From Octopus bimaculoides (taxonomy: Eukaryota): a stretch of 64,000 bases of DNA. The notes under the pieces were generated by a model that was given only the letters and a program-made list of their open reading frames with translations, had not been told where the DNA came from and did not search any database. The translations under genes and the position numbers were made by a program. Of this stretch, positions 14,852 to 29,440 are shown piece by piece; the stretch's first letter is position 1; each line of letters begins with the position of its first letter. The DNA is taken from contig NC_068993.1 of the NCBI RefSeq assembly GCF_001194135.2, positions 14,052,876 to 14,116,875 on the forward strand. Reading direction: 5' to 3'.

Positions 14852-15110
14852 ATATCTTTAATCTTTTACTTGCTTCATTCATTATGCAGTGGCCATGATG
14901 CAGCACTTCCTCGGAGAGTTCAGTCGAGCAAATCGAACTTGGTACTGATTAAATTTTTTCATGTTTGATTCTTATTCCATCGATGTCTTTTGCCGAACCG
15001 TAAATTTACGATGACCCAGACCAAATAACAACGTTTGACAAACAGTGCTGGCGCCAACCACAAAGACAGACACAAAAGACAGAGAGACAAACAAACAGAC
15101 ACACATACAT
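14852..15110 (-). mobile_element. SINE C/B 3' module only
   Basis: ttttacttgcttcattcatt..gcagtggccatgatgcagcac...agtcgagcaaatcga...ttttgccgaaccg is the reverse complement of the 3' module. Confidence 0.75.
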
Positions 15111-16270
15111 TTATACAAAATAAATTGTAATATTTGTTCTGGTTCTTTACGTTCTAAGTTTGACTCTCGTCCAGTAAGCACCTATATTTCACTTTCGTGT
15201 TTTGTGTAAATTGAATTAAAATCCGAAGTATTCCTGCACATAGCTCAATCCTCTTATCATTAAGTGTCTGTCTGTATCCCTATGTCTCCCTAGTTGTCAC
15301 GTATTTAAATCTTCGCGGCGTGAAATGTATAAGAGTCAATTGAGAATATACAAAACCACTTAAAACCTATAGAGAGAAGGGCCACTACATGCTGGAATAA
15401 ATTCACAGACCCTTCCGTGGAGCATCGATTTGAGTTATGTAAGAGTATTTTACGAATGATTGTATTTTTTTCTAATTTGCAAGTTAAAAACACAGTTTGC
15501 CGACAGCATCTATCGTGAATCTCCTATCATGAGGCATACTTTTCGAAATTACTGTAAAATATAAATCCCTGAATTTACTTGACTTCATAATTTTCAGATG
15601 CAATGAAAAAACAAAAAAAATTACATCCTTCATTACAGCTTATATAATAAAGCTGATATTTTTTAAATCGCAAATTGCTTAAAATTTGGCTGCAAGAATA
15701 TTTGGTATTGCGCAATTGAGATTGAAATCTCTATAATCCGCCACTAAAATTTTTCCCTAAAATAAAATATAATATCACTGTCAAAACAAGCATTAAAAAT
15801 TTTTAAATTATTTTCTGCTTTAAATATTAAAAAAAAAAAAAAAACTTAAAAAACAAACACATTTAAACATGAAGAAATTGCTATAATGTGAAATATTAGG
15901 GATTAAACCCTGCATTTCTTGTTATATAATAATAGTGTTCATAGTTAAAGATATTCAGTATTTTGTTGGTTTTCTGCGTGTTCTGAAATTTTAAATGTTT
16001 TGGGCTTCTTATCACAATGGCCGTACAATCCATTCACTGCTGCAAACCCCAGCAGCAACATTTCCATTTGCCATTTCAATTGTAGAGAAGTTATTTCAAA
16101 TCTGAATATCACTATTGTGTATATACTTCGCACACACACACATACGCGTGCACAAACACACACACGTTCGCGTACACACGCATTCACACACACACACATT
16201 TATATACAAAGAGGTAAAGTGGAATACGCACGGAAACACACGCAAACTAGAATACACACACACACATGCA

Positions 16271-16308
<38 letters not shown>

Positions 16309-16439
16309 GATACATACACACACTCCTACGTATACACCATTTGGAATCGTAGAAGGAGTGATCCACCATATATGTGTAGCCACAACTTCTATTTTGTTTG
16401 ACAGCATTCAGTGAGCTTACTAAAAACATTATTGTAAGA

Positions 16440-16690
<251 letters not shown>

Positions 16691-16941
16691 TTATGAATAT
16701 GATGTTCGCTATTATTTTCATAGTGGTCTCTGTGACTGCCAGAGACACATTAATATCAATTATGGACATTAATTTACACATCCATTTCATACATATGCAG
16801 ACAGCCAAATGAAACAAAAGTAAGAGCAGGGATATAGTCTTCAGGAAAATAATGAGAAAAAGGCCGAAGGCAGACACAGAAGGGGGGAATAAAATCAAAT
16901 TATATCATCGGTAGGAGGTTAGAAATCCGAACTTCATGTAA

Positions 16942-17110
<169 letters not shown>

Positions 17111-17239
17111 CATGTATTCAGATATAAGCATACATATATATGCAAAATATTACATGGAGATATGTATTTTCTTAGTTATCATCCTATAGTTATAATATAA
17201 TTAGCAGTATTATTATATTATCCATAGCCACGCACGCAC

Positions 17240-17277
<38 letters not shown>

Positions 17278-17684
17278 TGCATATGTACACATATACACAG
17301 ACACACACAAACACACACAACGCGCACATATATTTATGTATATATATTTGCATATGCACATACATTTTTACATATATTTTACATCCACGTATGCAGACGT
17401 ACATGCATATATACACGCATTATATATATAATATCAATATATATCTATCTACCTGTCTGTATGTCTGTCTGACTGTCTATCTATTTATGTATCTATCAGT
17501 CTGTCTCTTTGTATGTATGTATGTATGTATGTATCTATATGTATGTCTTTCTCTCCCCTCTTTCTCTTTCTCTCTTTTTATATATATATATATAGTGTAT
17601 TCCTATCTCTGTGTGTGTGTGAATGTGTGCCTGTGTACAATATACATATACTTGTTTACCAACATGGCTTGTAGAACAGTAGTC

Positions 17685-18340
17685 TATCGAGATTTAATGC
17701 CACAGTAAAAGAAAAGAGTGCTTCCTATTCATCCAATATGAAAATATATGTTCAGTCTAGACGTATCCCGAAGAAAGCAAACGTAGCTTTTGACGTCGTA
17801 ATTCATTTCACAGGACATCATATACAGCAGCCCTGATTCTTCCAATAAGAACATATTTCATCGTTATATATCTTGATGATTGTCTTGAAATAATAAAGCA
17901 AATTTCTTATTGTAGACTAGCAATAATACCTAATATTTCTACAATAATTTCATTTGTCTGCTGCACCTATTTTATGACGTACTACTGGAAATAGCTAAGT
18001 CTCTTCTCGATTCTAGGTTTACATGTTTTCAAGATAGGGAAGGGTTCCATTCAAATGGGTTTAGTGATGTGAGATAAATGCGATAGCACTACTATTTTCG
18101 TCATGTATATGATGGCATTATATATCATTGCTTATATTCATATGTCAGAATATCGAGAGGAACGCACACGGTGATGATATGTACAGTGCCATGTTGGTAA
18201 CTGGAAACAGACATTATCGACTAAGATAAAATTATATTTCAATTCAATATGTTGAGATATCCATTAGGAGTATTTCTCGTACAAGACACACAAAAACAAG
18301 TGCCGAAGGCGGATTCTTCAGTGCGTAAGGCAACCGATTT
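17685..18340 (+). mobile_element. Highly decayed DIRS-like retroelement RT/RNase H remnant
   Basis: Collinear motifs SIEI* ... PIHPI*KYMF (17724-), FIVIYLDDCL (YLDD at 17869-17880), ILGL, IAYI..RGT and KAD..VR resemble DIRS SIDL..AY..VPIHP..RKYLRF / YLDD / VAYIN..GGT / AD.LSR. Confidence 0.45.
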
Positions 18341-18855
18341 TATAATAGTCTGTTTGCTTTAAATTACTTCACTTTGTTTAAGAATATGAGCCTACATGCG
18401 TGATGCTGAAGATGAAGAGTCAAATTTCTCACTGCTGAAGCACTAAAATGATCACGATGTGTGAACCAGTTGCTTTATCGGCAGTCAAGTTCACATGTAG
18501 AACGCGGGAAAACAATGGATAATGACCACAGAATATTTGTTCAAAAAACAGGACAGCAGTTATTAATAACTGTTGTACAAAGTTCACACTGGAATTAAAT
18601 TAATGACCTCTACATGTGCAGATATTGAAAGACCATCAATGTATCTGTTTATATTACTCAAAAATAGCCAGAATTGGCTTTAAAGAAAGTTTAGTTGTTT
18701 CAACTGATCAATAGAGAATTTGAGTAAACCTATGAGTAACGTACCTTTCATGATTACTGCAAACAACCATAAGCCATATTTACACTGCTAAAGGAACAGA
18801 ATGTAATGACCATTAATTATATATTCTCCACTGTACACACACGCACAAACACACC

Positions 18856-18887
<32 letters not shown>

Positions 18888-18913
18888 CATAAATAAATAA
18901 ATATATATATATA

Positions 18914-19100
18914 TAGTTGAAACACAAAATACGAAGAGAGGTATATAAACAACAAGCAGGTGTATTAGTTTGACGCCCGGGAACATGAGAATCCCTTTTA
19001 CATTTCGAGCCTACGCTCTTCGACGGAAAGGAACACGAGGAAATAAACAGAGAGAGAATAAAATATACTTGTGGTTTTAGTGGTCGATCATGGCAACTGA
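18914..19100 (-). mobile_element. Element E (hammerhead-like motif repeat), full copy inside (TA)n
   Basis: Shares aacaacaagcaggtgtatt...tttcgagcctacgctctt..ac.gaaagg with four other copies. Confidence 0.8.
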
Positions 19101-21836
19101 TATATATATATAAATGCGTGGCGAGTTATAGAAACCAATCATTCAAAATGTCAACGAAATATCTAACTACATCTACGTTGATATTCCACCGAGGTATATT
19201 AAGATACAAAACTATGTAGTAACATGGCTATTAATATATTTTCCGTTTAATTACCATTAATTCAAACTTCACCATCATAAAGATGGACATTTAGATAATG
19301 ATGTGCTCCAGCCCGTGTAAATATGTGACTGCTTAGATAAGATAGCTTGAAAGATATTTGGTGAATGCATTATGATTTAGCTCGTGGCCAGTTTTAACTA
19401 GGTTCATTGGTGTCGACATTACTCTGATTCGCATGACCAAGATCCTCCACCTATTATTTTATCTGATAATTACAATCCCATTCTGAGAAATCAACTATTG
19501 ATTGTTTAACAATTTACAATGTCTGAACTCGAAGGGAACTATCACCAGACTGGGAGATAGTGTGGGTGAACGATAATATTCATGGTAAACAAAGCAAAAT
19601 AGTCACCTGTTAACTGCGTTACAGCTTACCTGGAGCTGAACAAAAGATAATTGATTGGTTTAGATGTTTGCGAGAAAGATTGTTGTTATATGACTGTTTG
19701 CCTTCTGATAATCAAAAAAGAAAACCAAATCATGTGTTTCCTGTAATAACGCAAAAAATTTATAAAAACTGTATGAACCGAACATAAATTAAATAACTAT
19801 AAATTGCAGGTGTAGCGATGAACAGCAAAATCGTGACAGGTTTAAGTTTCGGATTCTATGGAAATTACCTCGAGGAAAATGTAAATATTAAGCAATTTAA
19901 TATTCCTGAAAAATATGCAGATGTATAATTGAGGCTATATAAATTATATGAAACCAGAGTATTAACCTTTGAAAGTATTTGAACTTGGAATATCATGCAA
20001 TAAATAGCAAGCTCGTAATAATATTCTGTGCACTAGTGTTTCATCATTGTAGCTGACGTAAGAATAGACGAGATATGACTTATAGTTATCTTGTTATGCT
20101 AAATAAATGAATAGAAATAAAGAAAAAAGAAATATATCAATAGAAAAATATACACAGAAAAATAAAGTAAGATTTATTCGATAATATTGACAAATTTCAA
20201 AATAATGCTATAGTTTGGCAGTATAAAGACTTTGAAGGGAGAAATCAATAATCACAAAAGACATCTGCCGTGCCGCCTCTTGCTGTTGGGCGATTATTCG
20301 TTGTAGCCTGCGCTTACTTTCTTAAACAACATCCATACAAGTGACATGACGATATTTAAGCAAGATGGATGCCAGCTGCTATCAACCTAACACTGTCTTT
20401 CACAGTATTCGCTTGAAAAATATATTTTGCTTTGACTTTTTTCAATCTCTTTCTTCCTATTTCGATACCTAACAAGGGAGCTACTGATTAATCGTGAATT
20501 ATGAGGGCTTAGTAAAGAAACGGTTAAAAATCACTTCGCAACGCCATATTGCTTTTTCGACTTGATGAATGGAGTACTGCCTTAAGTTAATCTTTGAAAA
20601 GTTTTTGTGCTTATTTTTACTGCTTATTCTTTTTATTTTTTATCTTTTCTACTGGTTTCTTGATTTCTTTTTCTATTTGGTTATGTTATTTTATTTGTCA
20701 AGAATAGATTACTTCGTTCTCAAGCTCAACAAGAATGGATCAGTATATTGGAAGAGAAATCTGTTTAGAAAGAAAAAAAGAGATTCGCGTAAGCAAAATG
20801 GAATAACTAATGAACTTGGCAAAATATCTCTAGCAAGCCCATTTACAACAACTTTAACTCATTAATCGTCACAAAATTATGTATGCATGCGTGTGGTTAT
20901 TTCTGCGTATGTGTTTGATGGGGAATGCGATTGAATTTAAGCGTCTGTTTTGCTGTGTTTTTGTATGTGAACGTGTATGCATATGAGTGTATTGGTAAAA
21001 TAATATTTTAAGCTTATGTTCTCCCTCCAGTCATTTGGCTATATTCTCTTTAGTGTACACAACAGTCAAATATTTTATGTCATAGCTTATGAATTCAAAT
21101 TCTTATATACGCCGAACAAAAGCTAATATAAATTGCGAAAATATTTAAAACTAATAAAAAAAAAGGAACGCAAAAGTAATATCCAACAGCTACGTCATAA
21201 AACTATTAAAATATTCCAAGAAATGAAAATAATATTTCAAAACGTATATCACGTAATAACTTGTGGTTAAATTAAAACAACAACAACAATAATAAATCAA
21301 TATAATAGGGAATGTTTATTTACCATTAATTTCACGTATAAAGAAAAAACTAACGAAATTATCAATTATAGTTTTGTTATATAATCTTTTAAATTATTTT
21401 TATAACGTCTCATATTTCCCGGAAGTCAATTGTAAAATTTCAGTTAATTATTTAAAAAATGATTCAAATGCGCAAGTAACACAACAATAACAGCAGAAAC
21501 AGAAATAATCACAACAACAACGCAACCACTAGCACGATCACCAACACCAGCACCAGCACCAACTTCACCCCAACTAACATCCATAATAGAAGAACGTAAA
21601 ATGAAAATGAAAAAGAATGTAATGGTTGGAGCAGAAGAAATTAAGTATTTTGGTGTGGTAATTTTTATATTTAATATATATCATTATAGTGAAGTTGGAG
21701 AAAGATATATATTTTCTCCTCTCCATCAAGTCAGATATTCAGAAGTGGTTCTTCTAGAATAGATATAGAACTATATATCTGAGGGAAAGATAAGGTAAGA
21801 GAATGATAGAAAACTTTGTAACTGCGTGTGTGCGAG

Positions 21837-21881
<45 letters not shown>

Positions 21882-22494
21882 GCGTGTGAGTGTGTACGTG
21901 GATGTGTAAAAGTCTATGTTTGTGGTTTTGTGGTTGCGTACATATGAATACTTATGTCGTATATACATGGATCTGTATATTATATANNNNNNNNNNNNNN
22001 NNNNNNNNNNNNNNNNNNNNNNNNNNNNNNNNNNNNNNNNNNNNNNNNNNNNNNNNNNNNTATATATATATATATGATTTATACATTTAAATGTATTGAA
22101 ATTTTATTTAGGTGTTGAAGTTTATGGCAGGTCGTGAAGGAATGCATTCACATCCTCATCAGAATTTTTGAGGGCTTGAAATATGATGCTTACATCATCA
22201 CAATTAAGGGGTTCTCTATTCGAATTTGCATGCACTCTTACTGCACAGAACAACAAGATCAGTATATCATAAGAGCTACAAACAGATAGGTAGATTGATA
22301 AACAGATAGATAGAGAGATTAATGTATATAGATATATGTATATATACATATATGTGTGCGTGTATGTGTGTGTATGCACATGTGTATTTATATGTGTGTG
22401 TATCTGTGTGTATGCACATGTGTATATATATATGTGTGTATATATGTCTGTACATGTGTATATATATACATGTATATATATATATATGTGTGTG

Positions 22495-22665
22495 TAGTTG
22501 AAATTTACAGAAAAACAAAAGTCAGGTGTATGAACAACAAGCAGGTGTATTAATTTTACGCTCGAGAAAGTGGGAAAGTGTTTTACATTTTGATTCTACG
22601 TTCTTCAACAGAAAGGGATATGAGGAAATACACACAAAGAGAATAACAGGACTTGTAAATTTAGC
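22495..22665 (-). mobile_element. Element E copy, left member of an inverted pair
   Basis: gaacaacaagcaggtgtattaattttacgctcgag...tacgttcttcaacagaaaggg. Confidence 0.75.
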
Positions 22666-22689
22666 GATCAATATGCATTTCTCTTCCAG

Positions 22690-22875
22690 TCATTCCATCA
22701 TGTTAAATCGTTAAACCCTATACATTTTTCCATCTCCGTTTTTTTGGTTTTCAATCGTTTCTCTTGCAGAGCGTAGGCTCGAAACGTCAAAGATGTTTCC
22801 ATTCTTCCCAACTATTACACTTGGTTGATGTTCTATCTCCTGATTGCGTGCTTTGTTTTCTGTAAATTTGAAATA
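22690..22875 (+). mobile_element. Element E copy, right member of an inverted pair
   Basis: gagcgtaggctcgaaacgtcaaag...ttgttttctgtaaatttg followed by (TA)n. Confidence 0.75.
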
Positions 22876-23026
22876 TATATATGTAGTGTAGATATATGTA
22901 CTAACATATATGCCCGCACACACACACACAGATACACACACTTGCACAAGATAAAAGCGATGTAATGCCAGAATCTTGTGAAAATTGAATAAAGTCATTG
23001 TTATATGTCTTACATTTCTTTAACCA

Positions 23027-23170
23027 CCGAGTTCAAATCGCACCGTGATGAATTTTCGTGCCGTTGAACCTTTCGAGTTCGATATCTCAATATATCAGTT
23101 AAATACAAAGGGTTATATAATCGACTAACCCCCTCCCGTTAAAATTGCCGGTTCCGAAACAACATTAGAC
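23027..23170 (+). mobile_element. SINE family A, degenerate partial
   Basis: gagttcaaatcgcacc...cctttcgagttcgat...taatcgactaaccccctcc. Confidence 0.6.
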
Positions 23171-26100
23171 ATTAAATAAAAGCAACGGCAACAACGAAAT
23201 CACAATTTTGTTGTTGCTGTTGTTTGCAATGAATGCATACGTACAAAGCATATCACTCACAAACACATCGATCCATTACGATACTTGCAATAAGTTTACG
23301 TTGTCCAGACCCAAGAATAACGTTTCTAATTATACCCTTTTGTCTTATAACGACTATAAAACAGTAACTCTGTTTAAACTACAGTTTTGTTGCTGTCATT
23401 CTATGTTACATAACCATGGGTTTATGTTTGTTTGTTGATGTTATCAAAATTGTGATCATTCAGTAAATAATGTTATTGGAGACTTAATTAGTCGTGTTTT
23501 CTTTTACATAATAGATATAAATATGTTAAATGTTTGGTGTTGAACTTTTGGCTCACCTTTATAGTGTCTGCGAGACTCTGGGCTAAAACTCACGCACCAA
23601 ATCGTTTGCCATTTTATTTGCATTACGCTATCATTTATCATTCCTCATGATCATCATGTACAACTACGTGTACATGAAGATGTTTTATTTACTTTGGTCA
23701 ATTCTAGAAAATTGTCGCATGCCTTTTGACAATTTCAGAGCATGTTGAACATACTTTGTACGTGAGTCTTGGCCCACCCTGTATATAATTACATTAACCT
23801 GTATACTCTTCGTTTTGAAACACAACACAAAATTCATTGAATGATATCGGGCTTCGCGTTCTTTTTCAGCGATTGACTGCGTAGAACCACACTTGCAGTA
23901 ACGTTTAGGAATTGGATTTAGCCAATTTACAATTTCAGCCACGACAATACGACTTTCCCTTAACTTTTATCACAAAATTTGTATTTATCTGAAGCATTAC
24001 TCTATACCAAAAGCAGTGGAATTTCAATTTCAGAAATTCTGACTGTTCTTTCCAGCAGATATATGAACCAATTACAAATCCATCACATCAGATGGTATTC
24101 ACGCTTGTATTTCAAGCGAGTGTATTTTATTTCCAATTAACACTTGTGATTTACTTACAAGTTAATGTAATTTACATTTCGATATTGACACTTGCAAATT
24201 CAAAATGTTTATTTTCTTTCTACGATATACAGAGTCGACGAAATCATTTGAACGTGTTTTAACAAACTAATACGATTATCAATTGAATATCAGTTAAGTC
24301 AGTTCATATCTACCAAATTTTATGTACCCATATACATACGCAAGAACACACTGACATGGGAAAGCACACTGCTCATAAACACGCACGCATGCACTAACGA
24401 CATTCCTCAGAACGAGTCTAAATCCGTGAGTGTCTGTGTATATAAGCATAGAGGTTATGTCACTATCTCTCTCAATATATATGTGTGCGTATATTCCCAT
24501 TGCATATATATATATATATGTACATACATATATATTTATATGTGTGTGTTTATCCATGTATATATTCATATATAAATAGGTACGTGTTTATCTATACAAG
24601 CTTTTATACCTATATATATATATATATACACATATATATACGTTATTTATATATACATATATCACCTACGGTATATATACAAATATATATGCATGTCTAT
24701 ATGTGTATGCATACATATATNNNNNNNNNNNNNNNNNNNNNNNNNNNNNNNNNNNNNNNNNNNNNNNNNNNNNNNNNNNNNNNNNNNNNNNNNNNNNNNN
24801 NNNNNNNNNNNNNNNNNNNNNNNNNNNNNNNNNNNNNNNNNNNTATATATGCATACTTATTTATACATATATGTATGCATGTGTATATTCACACTCATAT
24901 ATACAATTACATGCAACATTATTAAACTAACACGAACGACAAATTACACACCAACTCTTCACTTTTTATTGTTTCTTTTTCAATTTTTTAAAGAAATATC
25001 AAAATGATAGCAGATATCAAAATACGACCACATTCATATAAATACATGCACACATATATACGCAAAGAAGCAGATTAAAATGACGTATACTAAAACAGCT
25101 GTAACTCCTATGCTTTCAAACAAACAGTGGCACTGAATTTCGTTTGGAAATGAAATAAATTTGCGTAAGAAAGTTTAATATGGAATATATATCGGAAAAA
25201 TATTTTTCCATTTAATTTTCAATTTTAATGTAGTTTTGATGTTCTTTCCATCTTATTTGTACGTGTATGTGAGCTTGTGTACATAGATATTCTGCATGCA
25301 CACACGCACAGGCTCACACAAACAAGCATACACAAACAAACGTGTGTGTGTATATATATANNNNNNNNNNNNNNNNNNNNNNNNNNNNNNNNNNNNNNNN
25401 NNNNNNNNNNNNNNNNNNNNNNNNNNNNNNNNNNNNNNNNNNNNNNNNNNNNNNNNNNNNNNNNNNNNNNNNNNNNNNNNNNNNNNNNNNNNNNNNNNNN
25501 NNNNNNNNNNNNNNNNNNNNNNNNNNNNNNNNNNNNNNNNNNNNNNNNNNNNNNNNNNNNNNNNNNNNNNNNNNNNNNNNNNNNNNNNNNNNNNNNNNNN
25601 NNNNNNNNNNNNNNNNNNNNNNNNNNNNNNNNNNNNNNNNNNNNNNNNNNNNNNNNNNNNNNNNNNNNNNNNNNNNNNNNNNNNNNNNNNNNNNNNNNNN
25701 NNNNNNNNNNNNNNNNNNNNNNNNNNNNNNNNNNNNNNNNNNNNNNNNNNNNNNNNNNNNNNNNNNNNNNNNNNNNNNNNNNNNNNNNNNNNNNNNNNNN
25801 NNNNNNNNNNNNNNNNNNNNNNNNNNNNNNNNNNNNNNNNNNNNNNNNNNNNNNNNNNNNNNNNNNNNNNNNNNNNNNNNNNNNNNNNNNNNNNNNNNNN
25901 NNNNNNNNNNNNNNNNNNNNNNNNNNNNNNNNNNNNNNNNNNNNNNNNNNNNNNNNNNNNNNNNNNNNNNNNNNNNNNNNNNNNNNNNNNNNNNNNNNNN
26001 NNNNNNNNNNNNNNNNNNNNNNNNNNNNNNNNNNNNNNNNNNNNNNNNNNNNNNNNNNNNNNNNNNNNNNNNNNNNNNNNNNNNNNNNNNNNNNNNNNNN

Positions 26101-28484
26101 NNNNNNNNNNNNNNNNNNNNNNNNNNNNNNNNNNNNNNNNNNNNNNNNNNNNNNNNNNNNNNNNNNNNNNNNNNNNNNNNNNNNNNNNNNNNNNNNNNNN
26201 NNNNNNNNNNNNNNNNNNNNNNNNNNNNNNNNNNNNNNNNNNNNNNNNNNNNNNNNNNNNNNNNNNNNNNNNNNNNNNNNNNNNNNATATATATAAACAT
26301 ACACAATCATACATATATTCGTAGTTACATACTTACACACTTATTCAGATATTCATATGCATAGAGTGAAGGCAAGTGGGCATGTTTACGTGATTACGTA
26401 TATCGTTCGATGTAAGATTTCGTTTCATATGTTTATCGCTGTAAGTTTGCATGTAGATACACGCGAAAGATCTTGTAAATACTTGCAGCATTTCAAAATC
26501 CAATGAAAATCTTATTGATATTAAAGCAACGAAAAAAGGAAATATTAATCTTGTTTTATATTGAAATAAATTGATACATTACATTTTTCGCTCTCTTTGA
26601 GATCTTTTCCCTTATTAATTTTTCGTTTGATATAAATTAAATTATTTAAAAACTGTAAAGACATATCTATGTCAATGCATTTAGGAAAATATAATTATTT
26701 CCTCTGCGAAGTATACATCTATATTTGAATAAAATCGTTTATGTACATGCTTGTAGAGAAACGAGCATAACGCATTTTCAATACTTTAAAGCATATAAAT
26801 TTATATATTTCAACATTGACTTGAACGTGAGATCAGTTCATAAGAATACATTGGTGATAAGGGGATATCTCGTGTACGTGCACTTTCTATAGATATTAGC
26901 AAAATACTATATGCTGATATCAGTATGCTTAAATGTTCAAAAATAAACACACAATAATGCATATAATGACAGAAACACGGGGATGTCGACTCGATATGTT
27001 TTCTCACACATACTCAGAATCACACACACAGGCAGATATAGCCCAGTCACATATATATATATATATATCAACAGTGAGGGAGAGCCCTATACGCAAAGAA
27101 TGACAGTCATGCACAGATACTATTAATATGTCATGATATAGTATTTCACTTCACCGGGCTCATTTCCTTCTTCAATATAAATGTTTAATATTCTGAAAAT
27201 AAATATATACCAATAAGTACAGCATACATACGCAATAACACTCACGTATTGATATTAATACAATTATATATTGATAGAAGCATGTGTAGTTATATATAGA
27301 TATGCATGTTCGTGTCAATAACATGCGTGTAAATAAACTATTATTTTTTTACAATATTCATGAAATATATATTAGGATACACTTATTGAAATATCTAAAT
27401 ATATATATGCATATACACACATCTATCCAGTCATATATACATCCATGCATATATGCGTATATACATACAAATGTCCATATATCCAGAAATGTATGTACGA
27501 GTTGCATACACGCGCATACACGTGGAGATCACTCTCATTCTTTCTGTCTGTATATATATATATATATATATACACACATAAATACCCATATTTTCACATA
27601 TTTATACGAGTGAATATATCCTGTGAATATCTAATCAACAAAAGCGTGCATGCGTTCACAGCAATGCAATTATAGAACTTTGCAAATGATATTTAAATAT
27701 GTTATCATTATGAGATTTGTGTAATCACTTGGAAAGTATATTATGTAATAACAGTACTAATTATTTTATATCGATTTGCTAGTTTCTTGTATATAGTCAC
27801 ACAGACGCACTTTCACACACTTTTGTGCGAACGCGCACGCATTCAATTTACAGAAATATACACAATGAAAATTTAATATAAACTTGATTATTCAATCCTT
27901 TTCCTTTTTCTTTTCAATTTGTCAAGTTCGAAGGACAAAGGATCTGCGCCTTCGGTCCTCTCGCTATGTGTGTGTGTGTGTGTATGTATATATGTATATA
28001 GATGTACATGTATATATATGTATATATATATATATATATNNNNNNNNNNNNNNNNNNNNNNNNNNNNNNNNNNNNNNNNNNNNNNNNNNNNNNNNNNNNN
28101 NNNNNNNNNNNNNNNNNNNNNNNNNNNNNNNNNNNNNNNNNNNNNNNNNNNNNNNNNNNNNNNNNNNNNNNNNNNNNNNNNNNNNNNNNNNNNNNNNNNN
28201 NNNNNNNNNNNNNNNNNNNNNNNNNNNNNNNNNNNNNNNNNNNNNNNNNNNNNNNNNNNNNNNNNNNNNNNNNNNNNNNNNNNNNNNNNNNNNNNNNNNN
28301 NNNNNNNNNNNNNNNNNNNNNNNNNNNNNNNNNNNNNNNNNNNNNNNNNNNNNNNNNNNNNNNNNNNNNNNNNNNNNNNNNNNNNNNNNNNNNNNNNNNN
28401 NNNNNNNNNNNNNNNNNNNNNNNNNNNNNNNNNNNNNNNNNNNNNNNNNNNNNNNNNNNNNNNNNNNNNNTATATATATATATA

Positions 28485-28610
28485 TCGACCCCGAAAGGAA
28501 GAAGGGTTAAAATCGACACAAGTGGAATTTGAACTGACAACGTAGCGTCGGGCGAAATACCGATAAGCATTTTGCCCGGGCAAACGATTCTGCCAGCTCG
28601 CCGCCTTATG
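28485..28610 (-). mobile_element. SINE family A 5' half
   Basis: Reverse complement begins aaggcggcgagctggcagaatcg...gcaaaatgcttatcggtatttcg. Confidence 0.85.
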
Positions 28611-28729
28611 GTAGAAAGACATAATTTTGTCCCCGAGATGCAGGATAATAAGTGCTTCTTTTGCATTCCATTTCTCGTAGTTATTACTACTTATTTAAAT
28701 TACCTGAATTTGATATTACTAATACAAAC

Positions 28730-28880
28730 CGTCTGAGTTTAAATTTCACCGAGGGCTACTTTACCTTTCATCCTTTTTGGGTCGATAAATTAACTACCAG
28801 TTGCGTAGTGTGGTTGATATAATCGACTGGCCCTCCCCTCAAAACATTTTGGAGTTTGTTCATAGAGTAGTAAAGATTAT
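28730..28880 (+). mobile_element. SINE family A 3' half
   Basis: tctgagtttaaatttcaccgaggg...ctttcatcc...gtcgataaattaactaccagttgcgta. Confidence 0.85.
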
Positions 28881-29039
28881 TGCTAATTCAAAATCTGTTT
28901 CTTTGTAAGTTATTCTCATATCTCAAAATTATTTAAACAACACTTCTCGAAATGGCGAATCGATTCAGGACGGCTGATGCTTTCCGTCAATTTCCTCTCA
29001 CTAGCCATTCATAGTTAGTCTGGAAACAATTGTCTTGCT

Positions 29040-29440
29040 GGGAAGTTAAATGAGCTGAGTAACGAACATAAATGAGTTGAGTGAAAGAGTTGAGTAAAGA
29101 ACATAACAAATTTATGAAACTCAATGCTAGAGAAATTGAGTTAAAAACTTTTGGAAATCCATTTAATGCTGACGTTGAAAACACAAGAAAGGAATTAAAA
29201 CTGGAAATAACTGAAGTTTAATGCAATAAATTTCTTCGCCAAAAATTCGAAGAAAAATGTTTGTTACAGTTTTATGGAACTTTTGTCGAAGAAGCTACTT
29301 CAAAATTGCATGTCTTGTTAGACGATATACCACAATGTTTGATAGTATGTATAGATGCGAACAACTGTTTTTAGAGCGAAAATAATGATGTGGAAAACTA
29401 GGTCAAGATTGACAGATATTCATCTCGAAGGCAATTTAAA
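29040..29440 (+). mobile_element. hAT (Charlie/SPIN/GTF2IRD2-like) transposase C-terminal remnant
   Basis: FGNPFNADVENTRKELKLEITEV*CNKFLRQKF, then MFDSMYRCEQLF and KTRSRLTDIHL, match NPF.......LQLE..ELQCN / MFGSTY.CEQLFS / RSRLTD.HL. Confidence 0.8.

Noticed and set aside
21730-21800. Strong plus-strand donor AAG|gtaaga at 21795
   Set aside because: Every upstream acceptor I tried gives stops in all frames; at most a non-coding exon, with no support.
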